Assembly (NCBI GenBank): GCA_964016885.1
Contig: OZ024745.1
Span: 29,946,001-30,010,000, forward strand
Reading direction: 5' to 3'
Source: Eledone cirrhosa
Taxonomy: Eukaryota
Length of the DNA: 64,000 nucleotides
The position numbers were made by a program, and so were the translations under genes. This document shows positions 37,267 to 49,536 of the stretch, one piece after another (the first letter of the stretch is position 1; the number at the start of each line of letters is the position of its first letter). The notes under the pieces are model-generated. The model did no database searches, was not told the origin of the DNA, and saw only the letters and a list, made by a program, of their open reading frames with translations.

Positions 37267-40200
37267 TTAAAACCCAGTTATCTCCTTAGTCACTCCTAGT
37301 AATTTACAAGGTACTGTCTGTCTCTGTGTGTGAACATGTCTACTGTTTTTTATTGTGTCAGTACCTGGTGGGTGGGGGTCTTGCTCTTGTGTTTTGCTGC
37401 TGGATCGCAAAAGTCCCTTCTGTGCAGGAATGATTGAACTGATGGTCAGGCAGCTATCATCTGACAAAATGAAGCAATCATCACGTGTGTATGTACGTAT
37501 GTATGTTTATGATGGCTGCATTTCACTTTCGAGAATTGCCACCATTTGATCCTTTCTAACATATGGGTACCATAAACATGATTCTTTAGCTCTGCCAAGG
37601 ACTCACATTCCCTTCTGCATATGGTGCAGTGAAAGAAAAAAAAGTATTTTTTAGCTACAGACAGCCATGTTCAGGCAAAACACATGTAAAATATTTGATC
37701 AAGTGATGTCTGTGCTTGAAGCCCTTTTAAGTCAAGAAAGGCCTTACAATGAACTAATCCCACTCTGTGTATAATGGTGACAGGTACCCAAAAAGAACAG
37801 TTCAACATCATTGGCTGCCATAAAGTTGCAGGTTTCAGATCCGTTTTCTGTCTCCTAAAATGGTGTCCTAACAAGGACGGGTCATTTCCAGTAGATAACT
37901 ACATGCTTAAGCACTAAACTGAGTATTTCTATGTCTCAGCCCATATATTATATGCACTCTCATATGTGTGTGTGTGTCAATAAACTGTATACATACAAAT
38001 AGAGATGTCTAAATATGAGGAGTGGAGAAAAACTTCAATCAATTGTGACTATCCTTGCAACTTCAAGACCAAAACTATCTTTAGTAGTGTTTATTCATGA
38101 GAAAGTAAGCGAAGGGAGATAACTCATACATCCTTGGCTGGTCTAACCCTTTTAAAACTTCTGTAGGAATGGACCATTAAATGTATCCACTTAAAAGATG
38201 ATACAAAATAATTTACATAAGTGCTACTGCTGCTGATAATGTGTACTCTGTGACAATTCCATTGTAATGATACAGTGTATGAGATGTTCAGAATTATAAC
38301 TGGCTGATATGATTCATTCCTATAAGTCTTGGCTGATCTAAGATGGCACGATAGAATTAGGCCTTGTCTAAAAGACAACTTCGTTAAGGGAAATAGACAT
38401 ACTTCAATCTTGTTAGATCTCTATAAACGTGTGTATATGTGTCAATAGCCACTATTAAATATTTCCAGTTAAAAAGATGAAATCCAATAATGAAGGTACA
38501 TGTTGATGTGTGTGTGTATCCACACTGTAATATGGTTGGCATTAGTAAGGGCATTCAGCTGTAGAAACCAAGCCAAAATACAAATCTGTATGAGCATGAT
38601 GTGATCTCTGAACCTGACTTGTATCGTAACATGACAACTTGTCTGATCAATGCAAGCTTGGAAAATAGAAGTTAAATGATGATGATATATTTCACAACAG
38701 CAATGAGATTAACAATATCCTTTTTCTATCATTATCCTTCACTGTTACTCTATAGAATCTGTTTGTTCAGTTGATAAATAGATTTTGGTTCATGATAGTG
38801 AAAAATATAAACTTTATATCATCATCATAGGCATTTTATGTCTGCTTTCCATTCTAGCATGAGGTTAGACAGGCTGTCATGATCTGAAACTCGACATGTT
38901 GGAGCAACCATATTCAGTATGGTTTCTACTACTCTTCTTAATAACCAACCACCTTACAGGATGTACTAGATGACAACTGCAGTACCACTTTATAGAAAAT
39001 AACTGGGTGCATTTTATCACAACATTCACTGTGACATAATTCCATTAGAAAGATACTGTATGAAATGTTGAAAAGGCACCTGTCCAAAATATTTAAATAT
39101 TTTTCATTCCAAAACTAAATATAATTTACAAATATATTTGCTTTGTTTTGTTCTTGGATGTTTTTATTCTGTTTTTTTATTTTTATTATTTTTATTTTTG
39201 AATTCATTCTCAAATTCTCCCTAATTTCTCCCATCTTTCATGGTGGTAGAGTGTCAGTATTTATTCAGGCTCTCAAAGTCCAGAGTTCAAATCCCACTGA
39301 AGTCAACTTTGCTTTTCATTCTTTTGAGGTCAATAAATGAAGTGCCAGTTAACAGGGTGATGGATTGGCAGAATTATTGAAAAGTCAGACTGGTTGCTTT
39401 GTGGTACCTGATTTGGCTCTCTATAGTCTGAGTTCAAATCCTGTCTTCTGCCAGCAATTATGACTGACAGATAATATTAGCAATGGAATGACCAGTAAAA
39501 ACATTGTTTCCTTGTTCTAGTCTAATGATCAGCTCTTTTCTTCTGCTAAATCTGACAGGCAGTATCAGCAATGGAAAGACCTGGAAATTGTTTCCTTGTG
39601 ATGATTGGCTCATTTCTTTTTATCTTAACATTAAAAAAAAAACATATTGAATGTGTAGAGGTGATTAACACACCAAATATGGCATGTGAAGGTGTGTGAC
39701 CTTGTTATTATTGTGGGTTCAATTCCTGAGATGGTTCATTTTAGATTGCTCCAGTCTAATCAGCTGGAAAAATGTGTACTAGCAACAGTTAGGGGTTAAC
39801 CTCAGCAATGGACTCATGTCTGGTTCAGGAAAGGACAGAAAATTCATGATAGGACTTAGGCAAGTGTCTTCTACTATAGCTCTATGCCAACCAATACCTT
39901 GGAAATGAGTTTGGTAGGCATATGGTGTGTGTCAATTGCTGCAAATGTCATATCCATGACATTTATAAAAGACTACAGTAACAGTTATCTCCTCCATATA
40001 CAAGATCTGGCATAGACAAGGTCTAACATACTTGAAATATGGTATGAGTTGTCAGGAAGGGCATCTGGCCACAGGAAAACCTGCCAGAAAAGAGATTTCA
40101 TACAATGATGAAGCATTTGAGAATTTTAATCATTGTTTATATCACTTTAAGAATATGTGTGTGTGTGTGTGTCTTAGCAATAGTAGTTACTGCTTGGATG

Positions 40201-43200
40201 GTAATAAACCCAAGTCATGTGTAAAATGTAGGTCTCAAAAACTGCTAATAAGCCCAGCCAAATGTTAACTGCAGGCCCCTAATGCTGGCAATAGGCCTAG
40301 CAAAATGTAAACCGTAGGCCCCTATAGATGCTAATAGACCCAGACTAGATGTTAAATGTAGGCCACTAATGCTGGCAATAAGCCTAGCCAAATGGAAACT
40401 GTAGCCCCCTTTACATGCTAGTAGAGTCATTCCAGATGTGAAATCTAGCTCCTTAACCACACAGCCTTGTTTGTGCCAATCAATTTATCAATTTTTCTTC
40501 TATTGTCCCAATAAACTGCTGTCTTAAAAATCAAATCAAATTGTTTGTATAACCATTGTAATGTTCAAAATGCCATTGATTTCAGAGGTCAATATTGTAG
40601 AATTGGTTGCATTGTTTCCATGAAAGTTTTCATTCCTGTGATAATTAGTCTTGGGGACTAGGCTAATTAGTTGTTGATATTAACTGTTTAACTAATACTG
40701 CTGTCATCAGCATCATGACCACCACATTCACTTCTGCTACTGCTATCATCATCACCATCATTCGGTTAAAATAAACAGCTTTTTATCATAGAACCAGGGG
40801 TGGTTTCTGCTGGTTTGGTATCAAAATATTTAACAAAGGTTCTTAGATAAAATTAAGATGAAAAATTTTTTGATCAACATAACCACTTTAAAATAAACAG
40901 CTTAGAACAAGGGGTGGTTTCAGAGAATTTGATAACAAAAGGACTAACCCTTTCATCACTATATTTTTAACGAAAGACAATCTATGATTTACAAATAATT
41001 TTGAAAATAATGAAGGTTTTGAAGGAATTTTGTAACATAACTAACTTTAAGTATGAAACATAACTTAAAAACTCTTTTAAATAAAATTATAATGGAAGAT
41101 TTTAAGATAAGTAACATGGTATTGTTGGAGGGTTGGATGCCGTGCTTTCCAGCATAGGGTTATGTCCCTTAATGGTCTGAGTTCAAATTGTGCCGAGGTT
41201 AACTTTGCCTTTCATCCTTACGGGGTAGATAAAATAAAGTACCAATAATGTACTAGGATAATTGCTGGCCTTGTGCCAAAAGTAGAAACAATTATTAAAA
41301 GGGACTGTTTTGGTTGGTTTAGCATAAAAAGGGTTAACAAAGGACCCTAAGTTTTTAAATAAATGGTTTTGTATTATAGAACTAGCGACAGTTTAGCATC
41401 AAAAGGGTTGTTTTGAGCATAACGTGAAGGTATTTAGATAAAGTTATGTATTTTGGATAAAAAGGATGGTTTGATACCAAAAGGGTCAAAGAATGTGCTG
41501 CAATGTGAAGAGAACAATGTTTTTTTGTTTGTTTTTTTCCATTATTTTAATATTTTTATCTTTAAAATAAAGCTTTCATGAATATCTACAATGAAATGTA
41601 AATTTATTTAACCTATTATTCTGCTATGGGGGTTGTTTTGTTTTTGAAAGTGTGTCAAATAAATATATTTCATGTCTGTGAGGGTGCCATAATAAAATGA
41701 ACTCAGAGCATTTGGTAGAACATGCTAATGTTGTATTTATGTGAGATGCTGACTTGGTCTGTGACAACCTGTACAACCCTGGTTAACAGAGGGAAATGGA
41801 CATTAAATGATGGTGATGAAGATGCTTATTGGTTGACATCAAAATAAAAGACAGACAAGTGAATTGGAAGATATTTCGAGAGATAAAAGCAGGGAGATAC
41901 ATTTAATACTTGGACTTGGAATAAGCCCTACTGTATAGCTGATTTGTGTTATTCTTCACTCCCCCCTCCTCTCTTTCTCTGTATATATATATATATATAC
42001 ACATACATATATGCAGAGAGAGAAATCGGGGCCGTAGACAATGTTAAAATAAACCCTAAGGTCTTCTTTAAATTTGCAAAAGAGACTGCCTCGGTACACT
42101 GCAAGATTGGGCCACTCTTCCATAAAGATGGTTCATTAACCGAGAATCCCCAATAGATAAGTGAAATACTGAATGAACAGTACAAAAGTGTTCACACCTT
42201 CATTGAGGCACATGCAAATAACAAAGCCAGAGGATTTCTTTGATGCCACAACACTCCTTGAAGAAATGGCGACCATCAACCACATAGACATAATGGAGGA
42301 AGATGTGGTATCCGCCATAGACAAAATTAGAACAAACTCAGCTGCTGGACCTGATGGATTCCCTGCAGTCCTAAAAACATGTAAACGTGCCTTAGCAAGA
42401 CCACTGACGACCCCCTTCAGAATTTCTTTGGCTAGTGGTAAACTATCCAGAGTACTAAAAGAAGGCACAATATCCCCTATCCATAAAGGAGGTAGTGGAG
42501 CAGAGGGCAAAAACTATAGGCCAGTCACCCTGATGTCACATATCAGTAAGGTCAAGGAACGAATCATCAGAAAGAAACTGATCACAGTCCTCGAGGAAAA
42601 TGACCGCCTAACTAGCACAAAGCATGGCCTTTGCCCAGGAAGAAGCTGCCTTACACAGCTGTTACAACACTATGACTGGGTACTGAAACAACTGCTAAAC
42701 AGCTCACATGTTGATATTATATATCTTGACTTTGCAAAGGCCTTTGACAAGGTCGACCATGAAATGATGTCACAAACTACACAGACTCGGCATAACTGGA
42801 AAAGTAGATGAGTGGCTGCATGAGTTCTTAAAAGACTTAGTTGGAATATACCTCATACATAAACTTAGAAATGAAATCCCCGCACTACAAGGTACATTAC
42901 TGGTACTTTATTTTATCGATTCCGTAAGGATGAAAGGCAAAGTTAACCGCTGCCATTACACCAAGGTACCCTACTATTTAATCCTTTTCCCAATAGTCAT
43001 AAACAATTCTTACTTTCTCAAATTTCCTCGTTTCTAAAATACAGGTTCGTATATATACATATGTATGTGTGTGTACTTATTAATGTATATGTGTATATAT
43101 GAATAATATATATATATATATATGTAGAAGTTCTATTTAAATTGTTGGGATACAACAAGCAAATATTTTTATAATTGATATAAAGCACTCAACAAATAAT

Positions 43201-44862
43201 TGGAGTAAAAATACGATATTAACAAATGGAAACTATATTTATAAAACCATATTTATTTCATACATATTTCAAGGACACCAAGTCAAATTATGGTGTGCTT
43301 TCATCAGATAAAATATAATATAGAGCAGTTTTATAAATAAATATTGACATACCCTTAAAGAATGCAACCATTACTGCTGGAAGCTCCCGGATAGTGAGGT
43401 TATAAATTTATTTATACTATTATGTAAATTATTATTGGATATTTTTAAATGAGAGTAGATTTAAATAAGCCGTTGGTTTACTGAGAAAGAAAAAGAGAGA
43501 GAGAGATAAAAAAAAAGAGAAGAAAGAGCAGGCTGACCCTGAGCAGATACAGAAGCTTAGGAATAGACAGGTAGTTCCTGAGTAAGAAGAAACCTTGATG
43601 GGGTTCGATAACTTCGATATTCCTCAGCAGCTGCTCAAGGCCAACCATCTTCGATTGGAAGGTTGACTCGAAGGCCAGGTCTGTGATTGGGGCTCCTAAG
43701 GAGCACCAAGCCGACGGGGGAGGGACCGTGATGGAAGGGAAGGACTCAGCAATATATATATAAGCAATGAGTTATTTAATTTGTTGGTTATTCAACAAAT
43801 TTAGTTTATATCAGATTAGAAGCACTCTCCAAATTTCTTCTGGAGTATAATATCAATAATATTAATAAATGGAGACTATCTTTATAAAACCATATTTATT
43901 TTATTATATATATTTCAAGGGTACCAACATTTTTTGGTACGTTCTCATCAGATAAAATACAAAAGTTGTTTTACAGATAGTGACATATTCAAAATTAGAA
44001 CTTAACGTTTTGTGTTCTGTTTGAAATATATATAATTGTTTCTACATTTGGCACAAGGCCAGCAATTATCCCAGTGTATAACTAGTGCTTTATTTTATCG
44101 ACCCCGTAAGGATGAAAGGCAATATATATAATAAAATAAATATGGTTTTATAAAGATAGTTTCCATTTATTAATATTATTGATATATATATAAATGGTGA
44201 GTAATATTAAATATTACTCAGTTACAAGTATGAATATAGCTCAATGTAATATATAATTTGGGTGGTCTTCTGCTAGCATGTGTAGTGTGCATATTGATAT
44301 CATGCAAATATACATGCATGTAGATATGATACATCAAATAAAATCGTAATTGACAATATGCACAAAAATTGAAGAGGGACTATGTTACACTCTCTTCTGT
44401 AATCAGTAAAGTAATCCATTATATATTTTAAAAAAAACGATATTATATGTTGATTGGCAGTATTGGTAGAGGGTCGGACATCATGCTTTGACACATAGAG
44501 TTACGGCCCTTTCCATTCTGAGTTCAAATCCTGCCAATGTTAACTTTGCCTTTCATCCTTACGGGGTCGGTAATATAAAGTACCAGCAATGCACTGAGTA
44601 ATTGCTGGCCTTGGGCCTATTCAGGACACAATCCTGCACTCTTCCTTTATTATATGATGATGATTGTATGCGTGTAAATATGCAGAGTTATCTGTCCTTT
44701 AGTGATGACGTTAACTAACTCACACTCGTCAAGAGAGTTATCTATCCTGTATCCGTTTAAATGTTGTCTACATCATAAGTGAGAGACGTGTGACTTCCGT
44801 CTACGTTGCACTTACCATTCCATTCTTTTCTCTCCGGCACACGATATGGTAATGTCACACAT
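37267..44862 (-). CDS. Candidate uncharacterised 9-exon gene antisense to the SEC61B 5' end (about 150 aa)
   Basis: Manually chained GT-AG exons: 44816-44862, 40554-40635, 39080-39114, 38403-38420, 38130-38160, 37748-37854, 37607-37614, 37365-37460, 37267-37295. Sum is 453 nt, all phases compatible, no internal stop. No homolog recognised. Donors GTTATA, GTGCCT and GTACTG are weaker than the rest. Confidence 0.45.
40245..40445. repeat. Degenerate tandem repeat, about 42-bp unit
   Basis: Recurring CTAATGCTGGCAATARGCCTAGC..AAATGT..GTAGGCC. Confidence 0.7.
42015..42835 (+). mobile_element. CR1/L2/Jockey-type LINE RT fragment (copy at 60690-61510)
   Basis: SAAGPDG, PIHKGG, NYRPVTL, GRSCLTQL and YLDFAKAFDKVDH; truncated and frameshifted. 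Confidence 0.85.
43254..43315 (-). ncRNA. Minimal hammerhead ribozyme motif (duplicated at about 61925-61986)
   Basis: Minus strand reads TATTTTAT-CTGATGA-AAGCACACCA(loop)TGGTGTCCTT-GAAA-TAT-GTA-TGAAATA. Stem II pairs 9 of 10. Confidence 0.6.
43530..43730 (-). mobile_element. CRE-clade non-LTR RT/thumb relic
   Basis: Minus strand encodes LGAPITDLAFE..HQGFFLLRNYLSIPKLLYLLRVS. Confidence 0.6.
43897..43959 (-). ncRNA. Minimal hammerhead ribozyme motif (duplicated at 62545-62607)
   Basis: Minus strand reads TATTTTAT-CTGATGA-gaacGTACCAA(aaaatg)TTGGTACcctt-GAAA-TATATA-TA-ATAAAATA. 8-bp stem I, palindromic stem III. Confidence 0.65.
44700..44845 (+). promoter_or_regulatory. Putative SEC61B core promoter / 5' leader
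   Basis: Local CpG enrichment with TGACGT (CRE/UPRE-like), GACGTG, ACTTCCG (ETS-like) and a pyrimidine tract directly before ATG|GT. Confidence 0.45.
44846..44848 (+). CDS. SEC61B: Sec61 translocon beta subunit, exon 1 (ATG only)
   Basis: Pyrimidine-rich leader then ATG|GTAATG. Phase 0 fits exon 2, which lacks an N-terminal Met. As I recall, vertebrate SEC61B exon 1 also ends at the ATG. Confidence 0.65.
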
Positions 44863-45076
44863 TTTGTTAATATTAATTACTCTGCTTTTATTATTTATGT
44901 TAACAACACTTTCAATACTCTATTGTTGTGGTTTAATCTAGAGCCAGCGCTCCAAGATCTACTCTATAATTTGTAATATGTCCTGCTTTATTTAAGACAG
45001 TATGGTATGATTTGAAAGAGGTCTCGTTACTATTTCGATCAGGTTTAACTGCCTCTTAGAGATTACCTCGTCTTTA

Positions 45077-45130
<54 letters not shown>

Positions 45131-45676
45131 TCTCTATGTAAGTATTTATGTGAATGTTGTGTTACACCATCTCAATCTATAAACTACGGTATGTATCCAA
45201 CAGTGATATGGTATCCCACAGAACACAACGGAGTATCAATTTACGGATAAACGTTAAGACAGTTTTGTATATAAAGTTATATATATACACCAAATCAGGG
45301 TGTGGTTTGTGGGAGATTTGGGTATTATTTCTAACATTTGTAACTGTCATTGACTCCACATAAAATAATAGTGAGATTTGACTGTTATTTCTATCAAGTT
45401 TAGATAACATATGGAAATTCCCCTGGCTTATGCATACAAATACACATAAGACAGTAGAGGGGAATCTGGTTGTTATTTCTAACAGATCTAGCGACCATGT
45501 AGTGGTCTCTTTTTTGGGCTCATACACACAAGACAGTAAGCTTCCATTTCTACGATATCACGCGACGACATAGACACGTTGGACCTAGCTAACCAACCTG
45601 TTTTGTTGTATTGTCTAAATACTCTGTATCTGTCTGTATGTAGCAAGCTCTAACTATATCTCTCTATCACTCTTTC

Positions 45677-45716
<40 letters not shown>

Positions 45717-46039
45717 CTCTATATATATATATACACACCCACTCATTTCAAATACGACACCCATACACGTATTTATAAATTCTCTCACATGTATTTAAAT
45801 TCACAAACTTGGCTAACTTCCACCCCTCTCTTTCTCTCTATCTCTTTAGATGTCTTTTTTCTCATCCGCTTTTATATTTATCACCCCTCCTCTCTCTCTG
45901 TAGGTTTGTAAATATATATTTAAAACGTTAATGTGTGTGAGTATATAAAGTATGTTACTATTGACATGTGTTAATGGGCGTAAAGTATTCATGTGTGCGT
46001 ATGAATTATTTTAATATTGATGCGTCTGATTCCTTTTAT

Positions 46040-47440
46040 AATCAGCTTTTCTCTTAGCTCATCCAATCCATGACTTGATCACGCATATTACCATTGCACA
46101 TCCATTGGGGAATGTTCATTTCTTCCAGTCTTTATATATCCTGTACAGTCACTGTGCCCATGTCTCACTATCATACAGCATCGCACATTGGCATCATACA
46201 GCTGGCCTTTCATTTGTAGAGAACCTTTTTATTTCCAATAAAGGTAGAAGCTCCCTAAACGTTTTCCGTCTTGCTCTTATTTTAGCTATTATGCTCTCGG
46301 TGCACCCTTCTCCATTGCGAATTAGATCACCTAGGTAGCAAAGACTATCAACTACTTCTGTGGATCCATCTTGATTTATTTTACTGATGCTTTTACTACT
46401 AACTATCCAAGTGCATCTGCTACATACAAAGTCTTCCTTTTATGTTATTCTGTCTGCTATCCTACTACATCTTTTGTGTATCCAAAAATTACATTGTGTA
46501 CATTGTATAGAGTTTCTGCCTACTTCATTTCTATATAGTGATTAAGGCCATTCCCTTGATGAGATCAGGGTTCTGTCTCCTTTCCTACTTACCAAAGCTT
46601 AGGTTTTTGCCAAGTTTACTCTAATCGGAATTTCTTCTCTAGTTCTTCCATAAATATCAGCATACAAAATTTCCCACGGAGAGCTAAAATAAGCAGAAGT
46701 GGCATTAGGACTAAACCCTAATGAACTCCTACATGTACTTTGAATTCACCAAACTCTTTACCTAATCTTGCTTTACTGACAGCTTCTCTGTTCATGGCTT
46801 GCACTGTTTTCACAAGCCATTCCACACCTAGTTTCCTTAAGGCTCACCAGATGACAGATTGTGGTACTCTGTCAAAGGCCTTCTCTAAATTAACAAAAGC
46901 TAGGTATAGCAGCTTACACTTAGCTAGGAACTTCTTTTGTAGTTGTCTAAGAAGAGGGCACCTGTAGTGCTCTTCCATGGCTCAAATTGAACTGTATTTT
47001 ATCTAGTTTGAGTTTTTCCTAATTAGTTGTGCTAGAACTCTTTCTGTCACTTTCGTAACTTGATCAATCAGTTTTATGCTCCTTTTTAGTACATCACCTT
47101 TTCTCTTGTATCAATAAATAAGTATACTGTTGCATTAGTAATTGGGTATGACCTCATCCTGTATTACTTGATTGACTATGAGTAGTTCAGTTCCTATTTC
47201 CCCACACACTTTCAGCAACTCAATGACTATCTCTGACATTCCAACAGTTTTGCCTATTTTCATCACCTTGATTACTTCTCTGACCCTATAACCGTGAATT
47301 TCAATAGCTGGTCCCATCTATTAAGTCAGCTGGGGTAGTCACTCTTCCTCTCATTCTCCACTCATCAGCCTCTTGTAGCATTTCCAGGCCTCTTTCTTTT
47401 GAGCATCAGGGATGCTAAGTGCACTGGTATCATTTCAGAT
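46040..47440 (-). mobile_element. Decayed RTE-clade LINE RT region
   Basis: Minus-strand LEKAFDRVP, YAD-like and FCYLGD motifs with many disruptions; related + fragments at 5520-5880 and 19815-20165. Confidence 0.7.
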
Positions 47441-48309
47441 GATCATGCTGGTACTATGATGAAAAATCACCTGGTCCATACCGTCTGATGGTCATTTTAA
47501 TGCCATGATAAAAAGCACTTAGTCTATGCTGTAATGTGGTTGGTGTAATCTTCATCATCTTAAACCATTTACGGTCATGGAGGGCAAATTTCTCGGACAT
47601 GCCTCCAGAGGTTCCTATCAAGCAAATGTCTCTAATTGATCCAACTGGATCTCCAAGCAAGACCAACTGAGCTCATGGATCTTCTTCATCATGCTTGTGG
47701 TCTACCTCTTGGTCTCTTGTTGGTTTTGCTCATAAAATATGTCCAATGGGATTACAGCTCTAATAATAAAATCGTAATCTACATATTCAAAAACATATCT
47801 CTTGCAAAATTCCATTTCAAAATATACATTATAAGAAAGTTATGCGGAAAAAAGTCCGTATGAGCAGATGTGCGGGGGGTGGGTGGGTGGCACTTTATTT
47901 GTAGTTATTGTCTGACCACCTTACAAGTACTGTCCAACATTCACATCAGATCCCAATGGTTGTCCCTTTTGATAACCAACCCGTCTATAAACCACTTTTG
48001 CTTCTACAATACAAAACTGTGTATTCTAAGTGTTTATATTTATCTAAAAAGCTTGTGTCATATTTTTATGTACAAAACATGTTTATACTTATCTAAAAAC
48101 AATCCATCATAATTTTATTTAAGGGCCTTTTTTCTATTTTCTATTCCAAATACAAAATTTTGTTTTAAAGTGTTTATAGTTATCTAAAAACCGTTCCTCA
48201 TAATTTTGTGTAAAGACCTTTTTTAAAGTGTTTGTAAAAACGTTCCTTCATGATTTTATGTAAGAATCCTTTAAGTTATGTTCAAAACACCAACTTAATA
48301 ATGAGAAAT

Positions 48310-48740
48310 CTCATCATCATCATCACCATTTTACGTCTGCTTTTCCCTTCTTGCAAGGGTGGGACGGGTCCTATTCAGCACAGCATCTCTCTACTTGTCA
48401 CGGTCCTTCGTCATCTCCACCATGAAGTCTGCTCTCACCATCTCCGCCCATGTTCTTCGTGGTCTACCTCTACTACATCTTCCTTCAACTGGCATTTCTT
48501 GGCACTTCTTCACCCATCGGTCATCCTCCATGCGCATCACATGTCCATACCATCGCAGTCTCCCGCACACAACAATCTATCCCTCTCAGACACGGTTGTT
48601 CACGCACATTGACATTGCACATCCAACGGAGCATGTGTGCCTCATTTCTCTCTAGCCGTCGCATATCTTCTGCAGTTGCTGCCCGTGTCTCACTACCATG
48701 CAGCATCACACTCCTCACACAGGCATCATATAACCGGCAA
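48310..48740 (-). mobile_element. RTE-clade LINE 3' end
   Basis: RSVMLHGSET..RRLERNEAHMLRWMCNV; tail GGGAAAAGCAGACGTAAAATG(ATG)n shared with SINE family B. Confidence 0.8.
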
Positions 48741-49309
48741 TAATCTTTTTAATTAATTTAAACACATTGGCGTATTTCATTAGAAATATGGAAACAAAAG
48801 GGTTAATCATATATATCATAAGTATATGAAAGCATATACGGTATGTTTATGTGTATAATAGACATATGAGAGTCTCACTATTATCTCAGTAGCTGGTGAA
48901 AATGTCAGACAGTTGTTTCTAGATCCTTCATCTGTGACATTTACTCACCCACTACTGAGGTAAGAATAGGTTAAGCCCATATGGTATTTTATACATGAAA
49001 TATCAGATGGAGATGCTTATACTGTTACCCTCTTATACCTCTAAGTTTGTATATTGAACATCTTTTTATAGTTTATCATTATTGGTTCTCTCAAGTGAAG
49101 GCATGTGGCCTGGTGGTTAGTGTGTTGGACTCAACATAATGTCATAGGTTCAGTTCCTGGACTGGGTGACATTGTGTTCTTGAGCGAGCTATTTCATTTC
49201 ATGCTGCTTTTCATGGTAGAACTAAAGCACCTATCATTAAAACATGAGAAACCTTCCTATGAGGCCTACATAACTGTGAGCTGTAAATCTTTTTTTTTTT
49301 TACATTTAG

Positions 49310-49404
49310 GCTATTTTATCAAGTTCTACAAATGTTGGTGCAGGTCGTGGCCCAAGCTCCAAATCTGTTGCTCCCCGAACCAGTGGCAGTAGTGTCCGAC
49401 AAAG
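49310..49404 (+). CDS. SEC61B: Sec61 beta, exon 2
   Basis: Acceptor tttttacatttag, donor AG|GTATGT. Encodes AILSSSTNVGAGRGPSSKSVAPRTSGSSVRQ(R), matching STNVG..RSPSK..VRQR of Sec61b. Confidence 0.9.
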
Positions 49405-49501
49405 GTATGTTTCAATGGAAATTTTTTTTCTAACACCTCTCTACCCACCTTCCTTTCATGCCACATCATGTCTTATGGTTGGCAAATATGTGGACATTTA
49501 T

Positions 49502-49536
<35 letters not shown>

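Larger units (their letters stand above)
41192..45356 (+). repeat. Segmental duplication, copy 1
   Basis: Near-identical to 59861-64000, differing by a few SNPs, microsatellite lengths and one 24-bp indel. Confidence 0.95.

Noticed and set aside
42173-42811. 212-aa ORF as a host gene or active reverse transcriptase
   Set aside because: Truncated LINE RT that frameshifts before the YADD motif; the duplicate copy has a premature stop.
37267-44862. ALG2 as the divergent neighbour of SEC61B, as in vertebrates
   Set aside because: No glycosyltransferase motifs seen on the minus strand; the candidate peptide does not resemble ALG2.
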